This document shows, piece after piece, positions 35,045-44,808 of a DNA stretch of 64,000 bases (its first letter is position 1; each line of letters begins with the position of its first letter). The DNA is from Clostridia bacterium. GTDB lineage: Bacteria > Bacillota > Clostridia > UBA1212. Location of the stretch: positions 50,225 through 114,224 of the forward strand of contig JAGAKK010000052.1 in the NCBI GenBank assembly GCA_017625675.1. Direction: 5' to 3'. The notes beneath the pieces are model-generated. The model was not told the origin of the DNA, did no database searches, and was given only the letters and a program-made list of their open reading frames with translations. The translations under genes and the position numbers were made by a program.

Positions 35045-38000
35045 ATGTACAAGAAGGTTTCAACAGAATTAAGCTTCGTACAGCGCGAAAAGGCGATTGA
35101 AGAATTCTGGAAAAACAACAAGATCTTTGAGAAAAGTATTTCCCAGAGAGAAGGACAGCCCGTATTTACGTTTTACGATGGCCCACCTACGGCCAACGGC
35201 AAGCCCCATATCGGTCACGTGCTGACCCGTGTAATCAAGGATATGATCCCCCGTTACCAGACCATGAAAGGACACAAGATTCTCCGTAAAGCCGGCTGGG
35301 ATACCCACGGTCTCCCCGTTGAGCTTGAGGTTGAAAAGCTTCTTGGCCTTGACGGCAAGGAGCAGATTGAGCAGTACGGCCTTGAGCCTTTTATTGCAAA
35401 ATGTAAAGAGAGTGTCTGGAAATACAAAGGAATGTGGGAGGACTTCTCCTCAACCGTTGGTTTCTGGGCTGACATGGACGACCCATACGTAACTTACCAC
35501 GATTCATTTATCGAGTCAGAGTGGTGGGCGCTTAAGCAGATCTGGGACAAAGGCCTTCTCTACAAGGGCTACAAGATTGTTCCTTATTGCCCTCGTTGCG
35601 GAACACCTCTTTCTTCACACGAGGTTGCTCAGGGATACAAGGACGTAAAGGAAACCTCCGTTATCGCACGCTTTAAGGTAAAAGGCGAAGATGCGTATAT
35701 CCTTGCGTGGACCACTACCCCCTGGACGCTTCCCTCAAACGTTGCTCTTTGCGTAAACCCCGTTGAGACTTACGTTAAGGTAAAGAAAGACGACACAGTT
35801 TATTATATGGCTGAGGCTCTCGTGGCTTCCGTTCTCGGCGAGGACGTTGAAGTTCTTGAAAGCTACGTAGGAAAGGACCTTGAGTACAAGGAGTACGAGC
35901 CTTTGTTCCCCTACGCAAAGCCTGACAAAAAAGCATATTACGTTACCTGCGACAGCTACGTAACCCTTACCGACGGTACGGGCGTTGTACACATTGCCCC
36001 CGCTTTCGGTGAAGACGACTCCAACGTAGGCCGCAAGTACGACCTCCCCTTCGTTCAGCTTGTTGACGGCAAGGGTGAGATGACCGCAGAAACCCCCTGG
36101 GCGGGCACTTTCTGCAAGAAGGCTGACGCCCTCATTATCGAGGATCTGAGAAATTCAGGACTTCTTTTCAAGACCTTGAAATTTGAGCACAGCTACCCTC
36201 ATTGCTGGCGTTGCGACACACCTCTTATCTACTACGCAAGAGATTCCTGGTTTATCAAGATGACCGCAGTAAAAGAGGACCTTATCAGAAACAACAACAC
36301 CGTAAACTGGATTCCCGAGGGTATCGGCAAGGGTCGTTTCGGCGACTGGCTTGAGAACATTCAGGATTGGGGCGTAAGCCGTAACCGTTACTGGGGAACA
36401 CCTCTCAACATCTGGGAGTGCTCCTGCGGACACAGACACGCCATCGGTTCTATCGAAGAGTTGAAGTCAATGTCAGACAATTGCCCCGATAACATCGAGC
36501 TCCACCGTCCTTTTATTGACGAGGTTACCATCAAGTGTGAAAAGTGCGGCGGCGAGATGAAGAGAACTCCCGAGGTGCTTGACTGCTGGTTTGACTCCGG
36601 CGCAATGCCTTTTGCACAGTGGCACTATCCTTTTGAGAACAAGGAAATCTTCGAGGAGAACTTCCCTGCGGACTTTATTTCCGAGGCAGTTGACCAGACA
36701 AGAGGCTGGTTCTACTCATTGCTTGCTATCTCTACTCTGATTTTCAACAAGTCTCCTTACAAGAATGTTATCGTTCTGGGCCTGGTGCTTGACGGAGAGG
36801 GACAGAAGATGAGTAAGTCCAAGGGCAACGCAGTTGATCCCTTTGAGACCCTTGAAAAGCACGGCGCAGATGCCATCCGTTGGTATTTCTACGAAAACAG
36901 CGCACCCTGGCTTCCTAACCGTTTCTACGACGAGGCCGTTAAGGAAGGACAGAGAAAGTTCCTCGGCACACTCTGGAACACCTACGCATTCTACGTGCTC
37001 TACGCAAACATTGACAAGTTTGACCCCACAAAGTACTCCATCGACTACAATACGTTGTCGGTAATGGATAAGTGGATGCTTTCAAAGCTCAATACGTTGG
37101 TTAAGAACGTTGACGAGAGCCTTGGCAATTACAGAATTACCGAGACAGCAAGAGCTCTTCAGGACTTCGTTGACGAGCTCAGTAACTGGTACGTTCGCCG
37201 TAGCCGTGAGCGCTTCTGGGCAAAGGAGATGACACAGGACAAGATCAATGCCTATATGACTCTCCACACCACTCTGGTGACCCTTGCAAAGCTTGCAGCG
37301 CCTATGATTCCTTTCATGACAGAGGAAATCTACCAGAACCTTGTTCGCAGCGTTGACGATGCAGCTCCCGAGAGCGTACACCTTTGCGACTACCCCGTTG
37401 CAAATGATGCGTACATTGACAGCGCTCTTGAAGAGGCAATGGAAGAAATTCTCAAAATTGTAGTTATGGGCCGCGCCGCAAGAAACGATGCAGCGATTAA
37501 GAACAGACAGCCTCTTGGCGTTATGTACGTTAACGCTCCCAAGGAGCTTGATGACCTTTATAAGGAAATTATCGAGGACGAGCTTAACATCAAGTCCGTT
37601 GAGTTTGTAAGCGATATGTCAAAGTTCTCCACCTACACCTTCAAGCCCCAGCTTAAGACTGTAGGACCTAAGTACGGAAAGCTTCTTGGCGAAATACGCA
37701 CAGCTCTTTCCGAGATTGACGGCAATGCCGCAAAGAAAGAACTTGACGAAACAGGTTCTTTGAAGCTTGCGCTCAGCAGCGAAGTTGTGCTCGGCGTTGA
37801 GGACCTTCTCATTGACACGGGCAAGGTTGAGGGCTACACGTCAATCTCCGACGGCGGTTACACCGTGGCAATCGACACAAACCTCACAGAAGAGCTTATC
37901 CGCGAGGGCTTTGTCCGCGAGATCATCAGCAAGATTCAGACAATGCGTAAGGATGCAGGCTTTGACGTAATGGATCACATCAAGGTTTCCGTTTCCGGCA

Positions 38001-38161
38001 ATGCAAAGCTTGCTGACATCGTTAAAGCTTGCGCTGACGAAATCAAGCACGACGTACTTGCAGACGAGATATCCGTTGAAGCAAATACCTCCGCTAATGC
38101 TTTCACAAAAGAGTGGAACATCAATGGCGAGGACGCTGTGTTCTCCGTAGAGAAGCTTTAA
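35045..38161 (+). CDS. ileS: Isoleucine--tRNA ligase (long, type-2-like form)
   Basis: PPTANGKPHIGH (HIGH) and KMSKSKGN (KMSKS); 1038 aa. Confidence 0.97.
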   Translation: MYKKVSTELSFVQREKAIEEFWKNNKIFEKSISQREGQPVFTFYDGPPTANGKPHIGHVLTRVIKDMIPRYQTMKGHKILRKAGWDTHGLPVELEVEKLLGLDGKEQIEQYGLEPFIAKCKESVWKYKGMWEDFSSTVGFWADMDDPYVTYHDSFIESEWWALKQIWDKGLLYKGYKIVPYCPRCGTPLSSHEVAQGYKDVKETSVIARFKVKGEDAYILAWTTTPWTLPSNVALCVNPVETYVKVKKDDTVYYMAEALVASVLGEDVEVLESYVGKDLEYKEYEPLFPYAKPDKKAYYVTCDSYVTLTDGTGVVHIAPAFGEDDSNVGRKYDLPFVQLVDGKGEMTAETPWAGTFCKKADALIIEDLRNSGLLFKTLKFEHSYPHCWRCDTPLIYYARDSWFIKMTAVKEDLIRNNNTVNWIPEGIGKGRFGDWLENIQDWGVSRNRYWGTPLNIWECSCGHRHAIGSIEELKSMSDNCPDNIELHRPFIDEVTIKCEKCGGEMKRTPEVLDCWFDSGAMPFAQWHYPFENKEIFEENFPADFISEAVDQTRGWFYSLLAISTLIFNKSPYKNVIVLGLVLDGEGQKMSKSKGNAVDPFETLEKHGADAIRWYFYENSAPWLPNRFYDEAVKEGQRKFLGTLWNTYAFYVLYANIDKFDPTKYSIDYNTLSVMDKWMLSKLNTLVKNVDESLGNYRITETARALQDFVDELSNWYVRRSRERFWAKEMTQDKINAYMTLHTTLVTLAKLAAPMIPFMTEEIYQNLVRSVDDAAPESVHLCDYPVANDAYIDSALEEAMEEILKIVVMGRAARNDAAIKNRQPLGVMYVNAPKELDDLYKEIIEDELNIKSVEFVSDMSKFSTYTFKPQLKTVGPKYGKLLGEIRTALSEIDGNAAKKELDETGSLKLALSSEVVLGVEDLLIDTGKVEGYTSISDGGYTVAIDTNLTEELIREGFVREIISKIQTMRKDAGFDVMDHIKVSVSGNAKLADIVKACADEIKHDVLADEISVEANTSANAFTKEWNINGEDAVFSVEKL

Positions 38162-38218
38162 GGAAAATAGAAAAAGAGTGTAGCCGGTAGACGGAACTGT
38201 TGTGCTACACAAAGAAAT

Positions 38219-38241
38219 CAGCCCCTCGAAACGAGGGGCTG
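38219..38241. terminator. Hairpin terminator between convergent ileS and GH-A gene
   Basis: CAGCCCCTCG-AAA-CGAGGGGCTG. T-rich on the minus side (ATTTCTTT), weak on the plus side. Confidence 0.65.
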
Positions 38242-38289
38242 TAATCATTTATACACATCTCTTCGATGACCTATGCAAAGGGCCAGAAA

Positions 38290-40854
38290 TCACTTTCTCT
38301 TTTTTCCGAAAACTACGGCAACCGCACAAGCCGCAATTACCGCAATGCCGCCTGACAGCACAGAACCGCAACCTTTGCCACCCTTTGCCGCCTGAGTCGG
38401 CGCCACGGTCACAGCAGGCGCCTCCGTTGCATCTCCGGGAAGCTCTTCGAAAATAGTTTCATCCTCCTTGACGGAGTCCTTATTTATCACCTCAAAAGAA
38501 GGATCCTCCCAGGAAGTAGCGGCATTGGCATCAGCAACGCCGTTTACCATATACGTTTCCTTCAACTTTTTATTAGCGGCAATAATAAGATCCCATTGAA
38601 TGCCTTCGTCACATCGCCAAGCAGGTCCGTCGTTGAAGCCAACTCTGTCTGAACGGAAGGTCCACCAATGTGAAAGCTGGACTCCTGCATCAATAATAGC
38701 ATCAAGATATTTTTCCATCTCTACAGCAAAATTCTCCGCATCGTAGCTAATTGCCGTGTTACACTCTCCGTTGTAGAAAGCCTTGCCGAGAGTCGCGGCC
38801 TCCTCCATGAACATATCCCAGGTAACGTCCACAGTCTGGCCGTTTTCGTCAGTTCTAACAAAGTCTCCCGTATTGCCGCAACCAAGACCGTATATATGAG
38901 CACTGATAAGGTCGAGCTTTTCATTAAGTAATGCCACCGCCTTCAGGTGCTCGTCAAAAGTGTCTACCTGCCAGGAGACGTGCTTTCCTTCCATTACCGC
39001 CTTGAACAAATTCCATTGTGCAGTTCTGAGAACACTATCGCCGCTTGTTATCAGATGCTTGTCATCAATGGACCTGATTTTGTCTGCGCAATCTCCGTAA
39101 AAGTTCGCCAGCTGGAGAAGCGAATATCTGGCCTCGCCTGCCACCTCACCGATATCAAGCTCCAGATTGCCCTCGTTTTTAATTTCCCACATAAGCACGG
39201 ACTTTCTGTCCTTGTAGCGTTCTACGAAAAGCTCAATGTACTTGTACACGTTTTGCCTTGATTCGCCCTCAGGGTTAGCCACAATATCCACAACAGACTC
39301 GTCTCCTGATATCCAGCCCTCTCCTTCAATATACTGCTGTGCCAGGAGATGAGGCTCAATAAGGCCCATACAAACAACAACTTTCATATCATATTTGTCG
39401 CAAAGATCAAAAAGTCGGTCCATTGCCTCAAAATACGTCTTCTGGTGCTCCTCATTGTACATCAGATCCTTATATTGGGAAGAAAAAACAAATGCTCTTA
39501 TGGACTTAAATCCGGCCTCGCTTAACTGCTTCACCGCCGCCTCTGCCGCATGAAACTGAAATCTTTTATTCGGATACGATCCATCGCGCTCATATTCTGC
39601 TATTATCTGATAAAACAGATCAAATTTATTAAAACTTATTTCGTAGTAGGGCTCGCCATTCATAAACAGTTTGCCGCCAAGGCTTACAAGAATACCGTTA
39701 TCCTTGTATTCACCCACGGTAATGGCGAAAACTCCGTCTTTTTCGTCCCACCAGACTTTAGCATTAAAAGCCTCGTTAATAAAATCTGCCGTCACCAGAA
39801 CAGCATCGTTTTCCATTATCGGCGCCGCTCCCTCAACAAGCGTAACAGCCTTACCGTTAATATCAATTTCACCGCTTCCTGCAACACCTTTTATAGTAGT
39901 ATCTCCGGCTTTAAACTCAAAACTGCCGTCTGACCCCTGGGTGTAGGGTACGTTAAGTCCTTCCGCCAACGCTTTGGCATCAAAAAGAATTTTATCGTCT
40001 TTTATCACAGGCTCTTTTGCCAATTTAATCTTCGTGTCGTTAAGAAAAACCTTTATTTTTTCGTTACTCTGCTCAGGAATTTTGACAGTAGGAAGCTCGC
40101 CTGTCTCCTGGGTAGAATACTTTTGAGGCGTGTCTTTGCCCTTTGACCACAACAAAATGTCATCAATTAAAATATAAGACTCCCCTCCGGGCTGGTTTTC
40201 CTGCACGTTAATGTGAAAAGCCTCCACGCTATATACTTTTTTGGGCAACTGTGTCTGCTCTGCCACAACCTTTTTTTCTACGGAGATAGTATAGGTATCC
40301 TGCCCGGCGGTAAACTCGCAACTAATGTCATACGATTCACCGTATTCCAACTCCGACACAACGTTTCCTTCGCAATCCATCAGCTGAGCTCCGGCCCCAT
40401 TTGCACAAATTTTAATAATATCAATATTCGCAGTTTTTCCGGCAGGCTGCAAGGTATTAATTCCAATAGATAAATTGTTGTTATAATTTTCGTCAATACC
40501 AACCTTAAACTCAAGCCCCATCCGGGTCTCTTTTACGCCAAGGGTCCACCAACGAAGATCACAACTCTTCACCGCCAACGACCGCTTATTTCCGATAGCC
40601 AGATCAGATCCCACAATTTTAATTTTGCTGTCGGCTCCGATATACGACGCATTAGAACCTTCAAATGTGGCGGAAAACTCTTCACACACCTTAGTGTTTT
40701 CAAAATCAACCTTCACTTTTTCATGGGTAAACTGTACAGCATTTCCTGAAATTGTTCCGCCAAACTGACATACCACAGTAAGCACCATCAGAATTGCTAT
40801 AAACATTGCAATATATTTTTTTGTTCTCACTTTGCAAACCGCCTTTTTCTTCAT
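38290..40854 (-). CDS. Secreted clan GH-A (GH5-like) glycoside hydrolase with copper-amine-oxidase-N-like stalk domain and C-terminal TM anchor
   Basis: ORF 38290..40896; start tentatively at MKKKAVCK (40854). Stalk-like IKVFLNDTKIKL...VWWDEKDGVFAI. TIM-barrel region with MWEIKNEGNLE. C-terminal IAVIAACAVAVVFGKKRK. Start codon uncertain. Confidence 0.65.
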   Translation of the reverse strand: MKKKAVCKVRTKKYIAMFIAILMVLTVVCQFGGTISGNAVQFTHEKVKVDFENTKVCEEFSATFEGSNASYIGADSKIKIVGSDLAIGNKRSLAVKSCDLRWWTLGVKETRMGLEFKVGIDENYNNNLSIGINTLQPAGKTANIDIIKICANGAGAQLMDCEGNVVSELEYGESYDISCEFTAGQDTYTISVEKKVVAEQTQLPKKVYSVEAFHINVQENQPGGESYILIDDILLWSKGKDTPQKYSTQETGELPTVKIPEQSNEKIKVFLNDTKIKLAKEPVIKDDKILFDAKALAEGLNVPYTQGSDGSFEFKAGDTTIKGVAGSGEIDINGKAVTLVEGAAPIMENDAVLVTADFINEAFNAKVWWDEKDGVFAITVGEYKDNGILVSLGGKLFMNGEPYYEISFNKFDLFYQIIAEYERDGSYPNKRFQFHAAEAAVKQLSEAGFKSIRAFVFSSQYKDLMYNEEHQKTYFEAMDRLFDLCDKYDMKVVVCMGLIEPHLLAQQYIEGEGWISGDESVVDIVANPEGESRQNVYKYIELFVERYKDRKSVLMWEIKNEGNLELDIGEVAGEARYSLLQLANFYGDCADKIRSIDDKHLITSGDSVLRTAQWNLFKAVMEGKHVSWQVDTFDEHLKAVALLNEKLDLISAHIYGLGCGNTGDFVRTDENGQTVDVTWDMFMEEAATLGKAFYNGECNTAISYDAENFAVEMEKYLDAIIDAGVQLSHWWTFRSDRVGFNDGPAWRCDEGIQWDLIIAANKKLKETYMVNGVADANAATSWEDPSFEVINKDSVKEDETIFEELPGDATEAPAVTVAPTQAAKGGKGCGSVLSGGIAVIAACAVAVVFGKKRK

Positions 40855-40905
40855 AATTGATGAAGCTATTATAATTGCTTTCTTCACAAAAAACAAGAGC
40901 CAATT

Positions 40906-41018
40906 TTGAGTCAGGTCTCCGCTTCTTTTGAGTCAGGGACCTGCCCCCTGACTCATGGGCCGCGAAGCCTTACAGGGAAACGGTTTTGCGAAAATTGGGT
41001 GGCACTTTGGTTCCGCAG
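40906..41018 (+). repeat. Modular TGAGTCA-palindrome element, copy B3 (forward)
   Basis: Half-site TTGAGTCAGGTCTCC at 40906..40920; palindrome at 40929..40955. Module 2 is GCGAAGCCTTACAGGGAAACGGTTT. Module 3 is GGTGGCACTTTGGTTCCGCAG. Confidence 0.85.
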
Positions 41019-41100
41019 ATTCGCTGAAAGAAATCACTTGATAAAACAAAAGGGAAATGATACCATTGTAGGAAAGAACTTTTGGGTGGGAGCGTTACCG

Positions 41101-43629
41101 ATGAAAAAGTCAAAGAAATTTGTTGTGTGCGGAATTGTTGCATGCGTTGCAGGTATTGTTTTCGGAATTGCGGTTGCACTATGCGGCTTTGCGAGAGCAC
41201 AAGGAGCCGTTGTCTCGAAAGCAGAAGGAATCACGCAGGATTGCGGCATTATCGTTGGCGTTGCAGAGCAATGGTATGCAAAAGAAGCAGAGTTTCAGTC
41301 TCCGATATCCTACCACAGCCCCTTTTACGACGTGGACTTTGATTTTGTTTTCACCCACAGAGAAAGCGGCACAAAGCTTAAAATCCCTGCGTTCTGGGAT
41401 GGGGACAACACTTTCAAGGTTCGTTTTGCATTGACGGAGCTCGGCGAATGGAATTACACGATACGTTGCTCTGATGAAAGCAACGGCCTTAACGGCGCGC
41501 AAGGAAACGTCACCTGCACGGCATACACAGGAGACCACGATATATACAAGCGCGGTTTCGTAAAGCCAACAGGTAGATATTTTTCCTACGCAGACGGCAC
41601 GCCGTTTTTCTATTTGGGGGACACCCATTGGCATATGGCCCTTGAGGACATTGACCACCCCGAAACACAGGCAGACGGCACTGTTGCCAGCCGGTTTGAA
41701 TATACGCTGATGAAGCGAAAAGAACAAGGCTTTACCGTAATTCAATCCGAGCCCTTGGGGCATTATGTAAAGGACAACAATTATTTTCAAGACATTTTTA
41801 AAAAGAAATTTAACAAGACCCAGTTGGAAAGATTTCAGCAATACGACAAGTATTTTAAAATGATTGCCGATATGGGCTTTGTACACGCCAATGCACAGCT
41901 TGGCTACCCTGATACGTTGGGCGACGTTATTTACAAAATTTCCGTTGACCATTTGCAAAGGCTTTGTCGCTACTGGGTGGCAAGGTACAGTGCCTACCCG
42001 GTAATGTGGACCTTAGCCCAGGAATGTGATAACGACTACTATTACGGCTCTGCCCAGGTTCAGTTCACGGACGAGAACAATCCCTGGAAGGATGTTGCCG
42101 CCTATATGCACAAATACGATCCATACGGACACCCTATGACAGCGCATCAGGAAAACAGCGGTAATACCGTTGCCTCAAACTCTGCGTTTAAGGACGTTGA
42201 AGGGCATAACTGGTGGGCATCCCAGATCAACTACAACTGGAGTGACGGAACACATTTTAACGATTATAAAGATTATTGGGTGCGCGGCAACGGCAAGCCT
42301 GCTATATTGTACGAAGGGGCCTACGACCACTATTGGACGGGGACCATCGGCGCAAGGCTTCAAGGCTGGATGGCTTTTCTCAACGGTATGTACGGCTATG
42401 GCTACGGATCGCAAAAGATATGGAGCGCTAATGACGATCACGGCGTTTGGGCCGGAGCCTATGCAGAGACCCCGATAAATACGGGTTTAGAAGTCATTAC
42501 CGCAAAAGACCAAAAAATAACATGGCAAGAAAGTCTGCAACTGCCTGCTGCCACGCAACTTTCTTATATGAAGAATTTTTTGATTGAGCATCAATGGCAG
42601 AATCTGGACCCCTGTTTTGAATTTCAGGAATACTTTTTACCGGACGAAAGCATTAACAACAGATACGCCGCAGCCCACGACAACAACGATATGATTATCG
42701 TATATTTTTACAACGATTCGACGGCCTCCGGAACGCTTAAACACCTTGCGGACGGCAAAACCTACAAATGCAGGTGGTTTGACCCAGAGACAGGCTCTTA
42801 CGTTAAGGAATTTTATGCCGTAGGCAATGAAGACAACCTTCTTTATTTAGGAGAAAAACCCGGTCAAGGCCATTATGTCTTTTCTGCGGTAATATGCGAC
42901 GAGTCTTCTGCCACGCAACCTATAACAGAGGCGGCCCCCATTCCCAAGGGCAATGACAAGCTCTTTATCACGCTTGGTATCATTGCTGCGGTGACAATCA
43001 TTATCGCTGTAATATCAGGGGTAATTTTCCGCAAAAAAAATACTGCTTCACGAAAACGTCTTCGTTCTTCTGTCAGAAAAGAAATGCTTGCCCTGCGAAA
43101 AAACACTCCTCCGGAACTTCAAGAGGCTGAGAGCAAGGCGATTTTTGAAAAAATTTACGCGATGCCGGAATATGCTGCTGCGACGGAGGTCTTCCTTTAT
43201 GCTTCCGTTAATGGTGAGGTGGCGACGGAAAATTTTGCAAAAAAAGCATTGGCGGACGGAAAGAAGCTTGCCTACCCCGTAAGCGAAAAAGGCTGCTCAG
43301 ATATGGAATTTTACTATGTAAACGACCTTTCTGAGCTGACACCCGGTTTTATGAAAATACCGGAACCAATGGCTTCCGATGATAATATTGCAATACCTTC
43401 TACCGAGCGCCCGGCCATAATTATCGTACCCGGCGTTGCCTTCGACAAAAACCGCAATCGTCTGGGCTACGGCGCAGGTTATTATGACAAATACCTTGCA
43501 ATTCACGGCAATGCTTTCACAAAAACAATTGCGGTCTCTTACAGTTTTCAGATGCTTGAAAAACTTCCTGCGGAGAGCCACGACATAAATCCTGACGTTG
43601 TGGTAACGGGAAATAGGATGATTGAGTAA
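41101..43629 (+). CDS. Fusion: DUF5060/DUF4038 (GH140-like) ectodomain, TM helix, 5-formyltetrahydrofolate cyclo-ligase domain
   Basis: ORF 40906..43629; start placed at MKKSKKFVVCGIV (41101) after repeat DNA. WDGDNTFKVRFALTELGEWNY and DGTPFFYLGDTHWHM. TM LFITLGIIAAVTIIIAVISGVIF. C-terminal PGVAFDKNRNRLGYGAGYYDKYL. Confidence 0.75.
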   Translation: MKKSKKFVVCGIVACVAGIVFGIAVALCGFARAQGAVVSKAEGITQDCGIIVGVAEQWYAKEAEFQSPISYHSPFYDVDFDFVFTHRESGTKLKIPAFWDGDNTFKVRFALTELGEWNYTIRCSDESNGLNGAQGNVTCTAYTGDHDIYKRGFVKPTGRYFSYADGTPFFYLGDTHWHMALEDIDHPETQADGTVASRFEYTLMKRKEQGFTVIQSEPLGHYVKDNNYFQDIFKKKFNKTQLERFQQYDKYFKMIADMGFVHANAQLGYPDTLGDVIYKISVDHLQRLCRYWVARYSAYPVMWTLAQECDNDYYYGSAQVQFTDENNPWKDVAAYMHKYDPYGHPMTAHQENSGNTVASNSAFKDVEGHNWWASQINYNWSDGTHFNDYKDYWVRGNGKPAILYEGAYDHYWTGTIGARLQGWMAFLNGMYGYGYGSQKIWSANDDHGVWAGAYAETPINTGLEVITAKDQKITWQESLQLPAATQLSYMKNFLIEHQWQNLDPCFEFQEYFLPDESINNRYAAAHDNNDMIIVYFYNDSTASGTLKHLADGKTYKCRWFDPETGSYVKEFYAVGNEDNLLYLGEKPGQGHYVFSAVICDESSATQPITEAAPIPKGNDKLFITLGIIAAVTIIIAVISGVIFRKKNTASRKRLRSSVRKEMLALRKNTPPELQEAESKAIFEKIYAMPEYAAATEVFLYASVNGEVATENFAKKALADGKKLAYPVSEKGCSDMEFYYVNDLSELTPGFMKIPEPMASDDNIAIPSTERPAIIIVPGVAFDKNRNRLGYGAGYYDKYLAIHGNAFTKTIAVSYSFQMLEKLPAESHDINPDVVVTGNRMIE

Positions 43630-43755
43630 AAAAACGAAACAAAACACAAGAAACCGAGAGATAACGAGAAAAACAGCAAGAAAGTCAGAGAAAAAGACTT
43701 ATATTTGAAATTATACCGTAAAATACCCGAAAATACCTAAAAAACGCGCCAAAAA

Positions 43756-43798
43756 ACCTGCATTTACTCTTGACAATGCAGGTTTTTTATTGTATTAT
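43756..43798 (+). promoter_or_regulatory. Terminator hairpin overlapping the rplM-rpsI promoter
   Basis: AACCTGCAT...ATGCAGGTT followed by TTTTATT. TTGACA (43770-75), 17 nt, TATTAT (43793-98). A hairpin in the ~90-nt leader could be an L13-leader-type element, but I cannot verify that. Confidence 0.55.
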
Positions 43799-43888
43799 TC
43801 TACTTGCCGCTTTTGAAAAAGGCGGTAAATATCAGAAAAAACATTCATATTTATATGAAGCAGAAAATTTTAGGAGGTTCATTCAGCA

Positions 43889-44317
43889 ATGAAGACATTC
43901 GTAGCAAAAGCAAATGAACTGGAGAAGAAATGGTACGTTATCGATGCAGAGGGAAAGACACTCGGACGTCTTGCTACTGTTATCGCTACTATCCTCTCCG
44001 GAAAGAACAAGCCCGAATACACACCTTTCCTTGATACAGGCGATTACGTTATCGTTATCAACGCAGACAAGGTTGTTGTTTCCGGCAATAAGTACAATGA
44101 CAAGCTTTACAGACACCACACCGGTTATCCCGGAGGTCTCAAGGAAACTAACTTTAAGAACCTTATGGCTAAGCACCCCACATACGCTGTTGAGTATGCA
44201 GTAAAGGGTATGCTTCCTAAGAACTCTCTCGGAAGAGCTATGTTCAAGAAGCTTAAAGTTGTTGCAGGTCCTGAGCACAAGTATGCAGCTCAGAAGCCTG
44301 AAGTTTACGAGATTTGA
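43889..44317 (+). CDS. rplM: 50S ribosomal protein L13
   Basis: [30 protein letters not shown]...; 142 aa; ends in TGA. Confidence 0.98.
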   Translation: MKTFVAKANELEKKWYVIDAEGKTLGRLATVIATILSGKNKPEYTPFLDTGDYVIVINADKVVVSGNKYNDKLYRHHTGYPGGLKETNFKNLMAKHPTYAVEYAVKGMLPKNSLGRAMFKKLKVVAGPEHKYAAQKPEVYEI

Positions 44318-44339
44318 TTGACCGAAGGAGGATAATATC

Positions 44340-44732
44340 ATGGCAGACAGATATTGCGGTACAGGTAGAAGAAAAAAATCCATCGCTCGCGTAGCTTTGG
44401 TTCCCGGAAACGGCACTATTACTATTAACGGCAGAAGCCTTGATGAGTATTTCGGTCTCGAAACTCTCAAGTACATCGTTCGTCAGCCCCTCGCCCTCAC
44501 AGGCACAGAGAGCAAGTACGACGTTATCTGCAAAGTTACAGGTGGCGGATACACAGGCCAGGCCGGTGCTATCAGACACGGTATTTCAAGAGCGCTTCTC
44601 GCAGTTGACGAAGAGGCATTCAAGGCTGACCTTAAGGCTGAGGGCTTCCTCACAAGAGACCCCAGAATGAAGGAAAGAAAGAAACCCGGTCTCAAGAAAG
44701 CACGTCGTGCACCCCAGTTCTCAAAGAGATAA
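44340..44732 (+). CDS. rpsI: 30S ribosomal protein S9
   Basis: ...[19 protein letters not shown]...[12 protein letters not shown]; 130 aa. Confidence 0.98.
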   Translation: MADRYCGTGRRKKSIARVALVPGNGTITINGRSLDEYFGLETLKYIVRQPLALTGTESKYDVICKVTGGGYTGQAGAIRHGISRALLAVDEEAFKADLKAEGFLTRDPRMKERKKPGLKKARRAPQFSKR

Positions 44733-44767
44733 TCTGTATTATTTCAGAGAATACTTCAAAAACTTCA

Positions 44768-44805
44768 AAAACCCCGAAGCCTTCACGGTTTTCGGGGTTT
44801 TGTTT
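44768..44805 (+). terminator. Rho-independent terminator after rpsI
   Basis: AAAACCCCGAA...TTCGGGGTTTTGTTT. Confidence 0.85.
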
Positions 44806-44808
44806 ATG

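Noticed and set aside
40868-40896. Minus-strand TTGTTT-17-TATAAT promoter for the GH-A gene
   Set aside because: The -10 box would lie only about 14 nt upstream of the favoured ATG (40854), with no room for an RBS. Either the start codon or the promoter guess is wrong, so I did not list it as a feature.
40906-41100. N-terminal ORF extensions that read through repeat DNA; also 22319..22552, 62382..62453, 62637..62696, 16031..16081 and 15857..15871
   Set aside because: The extensions translate the REP or TGAGTCA repeats (recurring pseudo-peptides such as GTCPLTH/VTCPLTH and SHSVRRCGS/SHGVRRFGS). Each has a better internal ATG with an RBS and a sensible N-terminus.
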